Part shown: one piece after another, positions 57,094 to 64,000 of the stretch
Numbering within the stretch: the first letter of the stretch is position 1
Layout: each line of letters starts with the position of its first letter
Assembly (NCBI GenBank): GCA_965237905.1
Contig: OZ250172.1
Location: 1,152,001-1,216,000 of the forward strand
Length of the DNA stretch: 64,000 nucleotides
Origin: Nitrospinaceae bacterium
Lineage (GTDB): Bacteria > Nitrospinota > Nitrospinia > Nitrospinales > Nitrospinaceae
Direction of reading: 5' to 3'
Translations under genes and position numbers: made by a program
Notes under the pieces: generated by a model
Databases searched by the model: none
What the model was told of the DNA's origin: nothing
What the model saw: the letters and a program-made list of their open reading frames with translations, nothing else

Positions 57094-57804
57094 TTATTCT
57101 ACTGATTGGGCGCACCGGAAGCCGATGTGGTTGAAACGGCCGGCGGGCAAGTCATAGTTTCTGCGCGTGGTGCGCAGAACCTCCGGCAGGTCACGCCACG
57201 ACCCGCCGCGGATGACGCGGTACTTGCTGGTGAAGGGTCCGGTAGGATTCTCCTTCGGGCTGGTTTGATAGAAGGTGTCTCCATAATAATCCGCCACCCA
57301 TTCCCAGACGTTGCCGGACATATCATGCAGGCCGAAGGCATTCGGTTTTCGGGTACCGACGGGATGCGTACTTCGTTTCGAGTTATCCCAGTACCAGGCG
57401 TGATCGCCGTCAATCGTGTCTCCCCAGGTGTAAACCGTGTAGGTTCCCGCGCGCGCGGCTTTTTCCCATTCCGCTTCGGTCGGCAGGCGTTGGCCCACGG
57501 CCTTGCAATAGTCCCGAGCCTCGTACCAGGTGACCTGCTCGACTGGCAGGTGTTTGCCGCTGAAGTCTGACGGATTGTTCCCCATGACTTTTTCAAACTG
57601 CTCTTGTGTGACTTCAAACTTGTCGATGGTAAATGCAGACAGGTGGACTGTGTGCGGGGTTTCGTCTTCCGCCGCTTTCGACCCCATTTGGAATTCCCCG
57701 GCGGGAATCAGGACCATAGTTTCATTTTTAGAGAATGCGTGGGAAGCCGTAGCGGTCAATAACGCGACCACCAGGCAAAAGGAGATTTTTGGAATCCTGT
57801 CCAT
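57094..57804 (-). CDS. FGE-sulfatase (SUMF1/CLec) domain exported protein
   Basis: Signal peptide from ATG 57804; RLPTEAEWEKAAR, MSGNVWEW, RGGSW, GFRCA. Confidence 0.9.
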   Translation of the reverse strand: MDRIPKISFCLVVALLTATASHAFSKNETMVLIPAGEFQMGSKAAEDETPHTVHLSAFTIDKFEVTQEQFEKVMGNNPSDFSGKHLPVEQVTWYEARDYCKAVGQRLPTEAEWEKAARAGTYTVYTWGDTIDGDHAWYWDNSKRSTHPVGTRKPNAFGLHDMSGNVWEWVADYYGDTFYQTSPKENPTGPFTSKYRVIRGGSWRDLPEVLRTTRRNYDLPAGRFNHIGFRCAQSVE

Positions 57805-57830
57805 CCTGCCTATCCTGTTACCCTGTCCGC

Positions 57831-58139
57831 TCAGGGTTTTTTCCGGAACATTTCCATGAAGTTGGCGACGAATCCGGAGATGGCGGCGCCGGAGCCGGCG
57901 GCCATGATGAGGATGTCCTTGTCGCCAGTCTGATACCCTAGAACTCCACCAATCACCGCACCCAGGCAGATGATGATCAGGTAGCGCCGTCCCCCGAGCC
58001 AGCCGACGAATCCGCCGATGAGGGTTCCAAGCGCTCCGGCGGCCAGGGAGGCCGTTGTGCTTTCCAAGACCACGCCGATCAGAACGCCGGTCATCCCCAA
58101 CAGGAATATCCCCAGATAAATGTTGTTTTTGTTTTTCAT
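57831..58139 (-). CDS. Small Gly-zipper membrane protein
   Basis: Hydrophobic GxxxG-rich helices. ATG at 58139 preceded by AGGAG. Confidence 0.7.
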   Translation of the reverse strand: MKNKNNIYLGIFLLGMTGVLIGVVLESTTASLAAGALGTLIGGFVGWLGGRRYLIIICLGAVIGGVLGYQTGDKDILIMAAGSGAAISGFVANFMEMFRKKP

Positions 58140-58143
58140 GCTC

Positions 58144-58483
58144 CGCTCCTGCCCTGAGGGGGAACTGGCTGACCATTTTCCAAAAATCAATATTCCTGGG
58201 CACAACTCATGGTTTTTAATTTACCAGCGGCGGTTCGCCGCCTCCTGCCCGGCCCTCTAGCGAGGGAGGCAACCTGCTGACGGTTCATGGCAATCGATGA
58301 TCGTTGGGCGCCTGCTCAGCGCAGGGCCGATATCGCTGAAGCGTTGTGGCACGATCAATGAGTAGTTTTCGCATCCCAAGGTTTAAAGTTCGCCCCGCGC
58401 GGAGCGGCCCGGCTGGCGAAGGTAACGCATCGGTGGTTAAATTGGATTCAGCAAAATTATCACCGGCGATTCGCCGGCGCTAG
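58144..58483. repeat. Composite intergenic repeat array (several family modules)
   Basis: Core copies at 58144-58207 and 58253-58312, a GC palindrome at 58390-58409, and GGCG(A/G)TTCGCC hairpins. Confidence 0.7.
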
Positions 58484-58484
58484 A

Positions 58485-59882
58485 TTAAAGCGCTTTAAAG
58501 ACAGCGTCGAGGCTTTTCCCGGCGTCGCCGAACAGCATGCGCGTGTTCTCTTTAAAGAATAGCGGGTTTTGCACGCCCGCATAACCGGTCGCCATACTGC
58601 GTTTCAGGACGATGGTGGTTTGGCCTTTCCAGCACTCAAGGACCGGCATGCCGGCAATCGGGCTGTTGGGGTCCGTCTGCGCGGAAGGATTGACGATATC
58701 GTTCGCGCCGATGACGATGGACACGTCGATCTTGGGAAAGTCGTCGTTGATCTCATCCATTTCGTACACGATGTCATAGGGTACCCGGGCTTCCGCCAGC
58801 AAGACATTCATGTGCCCCGGCATACGCCCGGCAACGGGATGAATCCCGAACCGCACGTTTATTTTTTTGGCGCGGAGGCACTTGGTGATCTCGTACACGA
58901 TATGCTGGGCCTGAGCGACCGCCATGCCGTAACCCGGAATGATCATAATCTCTTTGGCATCCTTCAGCAGTTGTGCCACCTCATGCGCTTCCATCGCGAC
59001 AACTTCGCCCTGTTCGCCTTCCACAGCGGCGGCGGAACTGCCCGAGGTGGTTCCGAAACCACCGGCGATGACCGCCAGGAATTTACGGTTCATGGCGCGG
59101 CACATGATGTAACTCAGGATGGCGCCGCTACTACCGACCAATGCGCCGGTTACGATAAGCAGATCGTTGTTGAGCATGAACCCGGTTGCGGCGGCGGCCC
59201 AACCGGAATAACTGTTGAGCATGGAAACCACGACCGGCATATCGGCGCCGCCGATCGCCATGACCATGTGAATCCCGAACAGCATCGCGATGCCCGTCAT
59301 AATCAACAAGGGAGTGAGCCCTCCCCCATGACCGGCCGCAGATTGGTCGACGAACATTTTACAGATATAAATAGTTCCGATCAGCAGGCCGAGGTTGAGC
59401 CAATGCCGGCCGGGGATCAACATCGGATTGCCGGTGATCTTGCCGCTGAGTTTTCCAAATGCGATGATGGAACCCGAAAAAGTGACGGCACCGATGATAA
59501 TTCCCAGGCTCGTTTCAATGTCGTGGATGGTCAACTCGACGCCCGTGAAATGCGACACTGGATCCATGAAGTTGGCAAACCCGACCAGCACCGCCGCCAT
59601 ACCCACCAGACTGTGAAGAATAGCGACCAGCTCCGGCATTTCCGTCATTTGCACGCGCTTCGCAAGGACCAAACCAATGGTGCCACCAATTAACAAGCCA
59701 CCAACGAGAATACCAATATTGGCGGTGACACCGGCGATCGTCGCCACCAGGGCAATGAACATGCCGATGATGCCGTAAATATTTCCGCGCCGTGCCGTTT
59801 CCTGGTTGCTCAATCCCCCCAGCGTCAGAATAAAAAGAATGGTCGCCCCTATGTAAGAGACGGTTACGATACCTGGATTCAT
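58485..59882 (-). CDS. pntB: NAD(P) transhydrogenase subunit beta
   Basis: [49 protein letters not shown] at 59882. Confidence 0.97.
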   Translation of the reverse strand: MNPGIVTVSYIGATILFILTLGGLSNQETARRGNIYGIIGMFIALVATIAGVTANIGILVGGLLIGGTIGLVLAKRVQMTEMPELVAILHSLVGMAAVLVGFANFMDPVSHFTGVELTIHDIETSLGIIIGAVTFSGSIIAFGKLSGKITGNPMLIPGRHWLNLGLLIGTIYICKMFVDQSAAGHGGGLTPLLIMTGIAMLFGIHMVMAIGGADMPVVVSMLNSYSGWAAAATGFMLNNDLLIVTGALVGSSGAILSYIMCRAMNRKFLAVIAGGFGTTSGSSAAAVEGEQGEVVAMEAHEVAQLLKDAKEIMIIPGYGMAVAQAQHIVYEITKCLRAKKINVRFGIHPVAGRMPGHMNVLLAEARVPYDIVYEMDEINDDFPKIDVSIVIGANDIVNPSAQTDPNSPIAGMPVLECWKGQTTIVLKRSMATGYAGVQNPLFFKENTRMLFGDAGKSLDAVFKAL

Positions 59883-59893
59883 CTCCTCGCCTC

Positions 59894-61447
59894 CTATTTG
59901 CGAAACATTTCGAGCATGCGACGCGTCACCGCGAATCCGCCTGCAATATTGATAGCGGTGATCAGCACGGCCAATCCGGCCAACCACATGATAATTTTTT
60001 CACCCGAACCGATCTGAAGCAGTGCGCCGATGATGATGATACTGCTGACCGCGTTGGTCACACTCATGAGCGGCGTGTGCAACGCCGGCGAGACATTCCA
60101 GATCACCATGTAGCCCACAAAGCAAGCCAGCACAAATACGGTGAAGTGCGCCATGAACGATGCCGGGGCGACAGCCCCCAGTCCAAATAAAGCCAGACCT
60201 CCAATACCTAACGTGAGGGCCGGTCCTATCCAGGACGGTTTCTCTTCTGCTACAACTACCGGTTGGACTTCCTCTGCGGGTTTGGGAGGCGCGGCCGACA
60301 ACTTGGGTGCCGGTGGCGGCCAGGTGATTTTGCCACCCGCGACGACGGTGGCGCCGCGAACCACTTCATCCTCAAAGTTCACAACCACCTTGCCCTCTTT
60401 TTCCGGGCACATGTCCGTTAACAGATGGCGCAGATTGGTGCCATACAACTGACTGGATTGCGTCGGCAGGCGGCTGGGCAAATCGGTATAACCGATGATG
60501 GATACGCCATGAACCTGCACCACCTTGCCTGCCTCACTCAACTTGCAGTTGCCGCCCTGTTCCGCGGCGAGATCGACGATCACACTCCCGTCCTTCATCG
60601 ACTTGACCATATCTTCCAGAATCAATTCCGGTGCCGGCTTGCCGGGAATCAAGGCGGTGGTGATGATGATATCCACCTCTTTCGCCTGTTCCGCGAACAG
60701 TGCCATTTCCGCCGCGATAAATTCTTTACTCATCACTTTGGCGTAACCGCCGGTGCCCGAACCCTCTTCTTCAAAGTCGAGCTCCAAAAATTCCGCGTCC
60801 ATACTCTCCACCTGTTCCTTAACTTCGGGTCGGGTGTCGAACGCGCGCACAATGGCGCCCATACTGTTGGCGGCGCCGATCGCCGAAAGACCCGCCACCC
60901 CGGCGCCAATCACCATCACCTTTGCCGGGGGAATTTTGCCCGCGGCGGTAATCTGACCGGTAAAAAACCGGCCGAAGTGCTGTGCGGCTTCAACCACGGC
61001 ACGGTATCCGGCAATGTTGGCCATGGAGCTGAGCGCATCCATTTTTTGCGCGCGGGAAATGCGGGGAATACTGTCCATCGCGAGGGCGGTAACTTTTTTC
61101 TCAGATAATTTTTTCAGCAGGTCCGGATTCTGTGCCGGCCAGAGAAATGTAATGATTATTTGGTTCTCATGGAGCAAATCCACTTCTTCGGATTTCAGGT
61201 CAGGATTAAACTCCGGGGCACGAACTTTTAAGATGATGTCGCTATCGTCCCAAATGGCTTTGGCGTCTACCACAACCGTCACACCCGCTTCGGCATAGGC
61301 GGAATCGGCAAAATTAGCAGCCGTCCCGGCACCGGACTGAATCGCGACTTCAAAACCCAGTTTTTTAATAAGCTGACCAGCAACCTCCGGGGTCGTTGCT
61401 ACTCGTCTTTCACCAGCATGGACTTCTTTTGGAATCCCGATTTTCAT
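59894..61447 (-). CDS. pntA: NAD(P) transhydrogenase subunit alpha (fused dI+dIIa)
   Basis: [37 protein letters not shown] at 61447. Confidence 0.97.
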   Translation of the reverse strand: MKIGIPKEVHAGERRVATTPEVAGQLIKKLGFEVAIQSGAGTAANFADSAYAEAGVTVVVDAKAIWDDSDIILKVRAPEFNPDLKSEEVDLLHENQIIITFLWPAQNPDLLKKLSEKKVTALAMDSIPRISRAQKMDALSSMANIAGYRAVVEAAQHFGRFFTGQITAAGKIPPAKVMVIGAGVAGLSAIGAANSMGAIVRAFDTRPEVKEQVESMDAEFLELDFEEEGSGTGGYAKVMSKEFIAAEMALFAEQAKEVDIIITTALIPGKPAPELILEDMVKSMKDGSVIVDLAAEQGGNCKLSEAGKVVQVHGVSIIGYTDLPSRLPTQSSQLYGTNLRHLLTDMCPEKEGKVVVNFEDEVVRGATVVAGGKITWPPPAPKLSAAPPKPAEEVQPVVVAEEKPSWIGPALTLGIGGLALFGLGAVAPASFMAHFTVFVLACFVGYMVIWNVSPALHTPLMSVTNAVSSIIIIGALLQIGSGEKIIMWLAGLAVLITAINIAGGFAVTRRMLEMFRK

Positions 61448-61874
61448 CTTACTTATCCCTTTTATGGAATCGATTCTTTGGAATGAAAACGAATAATAAC
61501 TAAAACCCGTCACAAGTCAAAAAAAAATTGAGCCGGGCCAAAATAAGCCCTAGAGACTAGCATACAATCGGGTTTATGACCATTTTTCAATGGAAAGTTC
61601 CTTATTCCCCGCCGGAGCACTGAATTGGGACCTCCATCACCTATGGACCAACCCAGCGAAAACCTTGTAAATCATTGGTTTTTCATGATAAATACTACTC
61701 GCGGGGCGTCTTGCCGGACCCGCCGAATTCCCCCAAAATAATTGAAAACAAAGATTTTACGGGTTAGAATAAACTAAAGGAAATAGCGGAAAACATTGGG
61801 GTTCATCGTTTCCCAGAGTTCCGAAAAGGTGATGAAAATATCCATTTCAGATATTTAGCCTCAAAAGTGATTTT

Positions 61875-63230
61875 ATGAGACCAGAAGACCTTAATTTTGA
61901 TATTCAGGAAACTGATTTTCTTGCCGAAGACTTTTCTCAATTCTTCAATATTTTTGAGAAGATCTTTAGATTCTATTTCTTCGCCCGCGATGCGGAAGGG
62001 GCGCTGACCTACATCAGCCCGAAAATCAGCGAGGTTCTGGGCTACAAGCCGGAGGAGTTCAAGAAAAACTGGAAAAAATACCTGAGCGAACATCTGACCA
62101 ACAAGGAAGTGATTCTAAGGTCAGAGTTCCCCCAATACAGCGGCAAACATATCAAGCCCTACAGCGTGGAGATCAAAAGCAAGAGTGGCGAGAAAATCTG
62201 GCTGGACGTTCACGAAGCCCCAATACTGGACCCGGCTGGGAACGTGGTGAAATATCATGGACTGGCCATCGACTACACGGCGCGCAAAAATCAGGAAAAC
62301 CAGCTTCGGACGCGGGAGAAACGGTTCCGGGAAATCAGCCAATCCTCACCCATCGGAATCTTTCATGCCGACCCCAACGACCTGATGACCTACGTCAACC
62401 CGGCCTGGCAGATCATCACCGGGCGTCCCATGGCCGAGACGCTGGGCAATCCCTGGTGGCAACCCATTCATCCTGAAGACAAAGAGAAAGTATTCCGGAC
62501 CTGGGAGATCGCCGCCAAGGAAGAGCGGGAGATCTCCATCGAGTGCCGAATCATACGGCCCGACAAAGAATCGGTCTGGGTGCAGTTGCATTCCCGCTTC
62601 CTGTTCGATGACCACGGCAAAATCACCTTCGGCACCCTGGAAAACATCAGCGGAAGAAAAGCCGCGCAGGAAAAACAGGAACAGTTGATCCAGGAATTGC
62701 TGGACCTCAAAAAGAAGCTGGAAATTTCTGTTCGTACCGATCCCTTAACCGATCTCCCGAACCGCCGGGGATTAGCGGAGAAACTGGAGTACGAAAAAGT
62801 CCGGTTCGATCGTAGCAAGAGTCCTTTTACCATTATCATGGGTGACATTGATCATTTCAAAAATATCAACGATACCTTCGGCCACGATGCAGGAGATCAG
62901 ATTCTGACCGACATCGCCCGGATGCTGAAAGCTAACTCCCGTAAGCAGGATATTGTATCGCGCTGGGGCGGAGAAGAATTTATCATCCTGCTCCCGGAAA
63001 CAGATCTGGGAAACGGAGCGATTCTTGCGGAAAAATTAAGAGACAAAATCGAAAGCGAGGTTTTTGTTTACCAGGGCAAAAAAATCCCCGTCACTCTCAG
63101 CTTCGGTCTGAGTGTGTACAACAAAAAAGGCCTGAACATGGATGATGTCATCAAACAGGCCGACCAATGCCTCTACGAAGCCAAAAACAGCGGACGTAAC
63201 AAAGTCGTGTTCAAAAAAAATCTTCTCTAA
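61875..63230 (+). CDS. PAS-PAS-GGDEF diguanylate cyclase
   Basis: Two PAS domains, TDPLT, DIDHFK.IND.FGH..GD, RKQD I-site, GGEEF. Confidence 0.94.
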   Translation: MRPEDLNFDIQETDFLAEDFSQFFNIFEKIFRFYFFARDAEGALTYISPKISEVLGYKPEEFKKNWKKYLSEHLTNKEVILRSEFPQYSGKHIKPYSVEIKSKSGEKIWLDVHEAPILDPAGNVVKYHGLAIDYTARKNQENQLRTREKRFREISQSSPIGIFHADPNDLMTYVNPAWQIITGRPMAETLGNPWWQPIHPEDKEKVFRTWEIAAKEEREISIECRIIRPDKESVWVQLHSRFLFDDHGKITFGTLENISGRKAAQEKQEQLIQELLDLKKKLEISVRTDPLTDLPNRRGLAEKLEYEKVRFDRSKSPFTIIMGDIDHFKNINDTFGHDAGDQILTDIARMLKANSRKQDIVSRWGGEEFIILLPETDLGNGAILAEKLRDKIESEVFVYQGKKIPVTLSFGLSVYNKKGLNMDDVIKQADQCLYEAKNSGRNKVVFKKNLL

Positions 63231-63270
63231 TTAAACCGGCGACTCCAATTCTAAAAAACGTTTCTCGCTT

Positions 63271-64000
63271 TTACTCATCCATGTCGTCGAAGACACCGGA
63301 GGCGAGGCTTTTGCGGGCGGTGCGGGCCTCCTGTTCGGCGCGTGTGATGCCCTGATCGTAATCGTTGTGATCCACATACCTGAGTACCGGTTCCATCTCC
63401 GGATGACGTTGCAGATACAATTTCGTCATGGTCTGGCAAACGCGGCGGTATTTGGGATGCCCCGCCTTCTGCGTACGCAGTTCGGTAAAATGGCCCAACT
63501 CCCTCAGGTTCATCCCCATGTTCCACCGGATAAAATGATTGAACAGGGAGGCGTATTGCGCTTCGGCACGCATTCCGGCGCGTAGTAAATCGTTATACAA
63601 ACTCTCCGCCCGTTCGAAACATTCCTGCGCCACCTCACCTTTGCCGATTTCCTGAATCTCCTCGGGTATCGAATAGCCGAGTAGAACCCCCATGTCCTGT
63701 CTCTGCTGGGTCAACATGCGATGCCTCTGCAGGTCGCGATACTCGGCGAACCCGGCGATGATGTCGAAGTTGATGGGGTACCCGTATTCCAGCGCACGGC
63801 CCGGGCGGTCCCGTTTCGATCGCCGTTCGCCGATGTAGACGGAAAAAATTTCCTGCCGCTTGGCTTCCGGTAATGCGCGGACGATTCCGCGAATCTGTTC
63901 AGTCGGGTGCTGGACGTATGGAAAGATCATCGATGCCAGGAGGTTGATCGAATAATCCTCATCTTTGTCCTCCAGCAGAACCACCTCGGGCGACGATTCA
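63271..64000 (-). CDS. thyX: FAD-dependent thymidylate synthase ThyX, tandem-domain type; 5' part outside window
   Basis: RPGRALE, YRDLQRHRM, NLRELGHFTELRT..AGH.KYR. Frame stays open toward the window edge. Confidence 0.8.
   Translation of the reverse strand, partial: ESSPEVVLLEDKDEDYSINLLASMIFPYVQHPTEQIRGIVRALPEAKRQEIFSVYIGERRSKRDRPGRALEYGYPINFDIIAGFAEYRDLQRHRMLTQQRQDMGVLLGYSIPEEIQEIGKGEVAQECFERAESLYNDLLRAGMRAEAQYASLFNHFIRWNMGMNLRELGHFTELRTQKAGHPKYRRVCQTMTKLYLQRHPEMEPVLRYVDHNDYDQGITRAEQEARTARKSLASGVFDDMDE

Noticed and set aside
57805..58203. N-terminal extension of the 369-aa ORF 57094..58203
   Set aside because: It overlaps the Gly-zipper gene in another frame and repeat DNA. A clean signal peptide starts at ATG 57804.
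58144..58483. CRISPR array
   Set aside because: The units are degenerate, irregularly spaced and composite. There are no identical repeats with uniform spacers and no cas genes.

Overview
This window is a gene-dense bacterial chromosomal segment with a Gram-negative envelope. Its gene repertoire resembles a Nitrospinota/Nitrospirota-type nitrite oxidiser (inference only): many PRNF-motif monoheme cytochromes c, FGE-sulfatase proteins, NarK and a tandem-type ThyX. Most of it is housekeeping: ffh-rpsP-khpA-rimM-trmD-rplS, rnhB, recJ, queC, queE, moaB, rluD, rodA, rng, ychF, mutY, tolQRAB-pal, ispD, efp, ettA, priA, msrP and pntAB. The most interesting elements are: (1) a co-oriented periplasmic redox cluster at 39.5-45.0 kb with DUF1566, a His-lined beta-propeller, a DUF1264 lipoprotein, a MauG-type diheme enzyme and three paralogous cytochromes c; (2) a 74-bp diverged duplicate of the DUF1566 gene's 3' end that brackets the propeller gene like an integration scar; (3) an ~800-bp intergenic region with two identically spaced triple DnaA-box arrays, a candidate oriC or DnaA-binding locus; (4) an EF-P with a PGNK tip in place of PGKG, about 8 kb from a deoxyhypusine-synthase-family gene; (5) a dispersed ~64-bp repeat family that supplies a stop codon and an RBS to host genes; (6) an orphan radical SAM/SPASM operon, an M48 protease with Gln replacing the catalytic Glu, and a MutY with a complete Nudix box. 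No tRNA, rRNA, CRISPR array, transposase or integrase was seen. All calls come from reading motifs by eye; no database searches were run.
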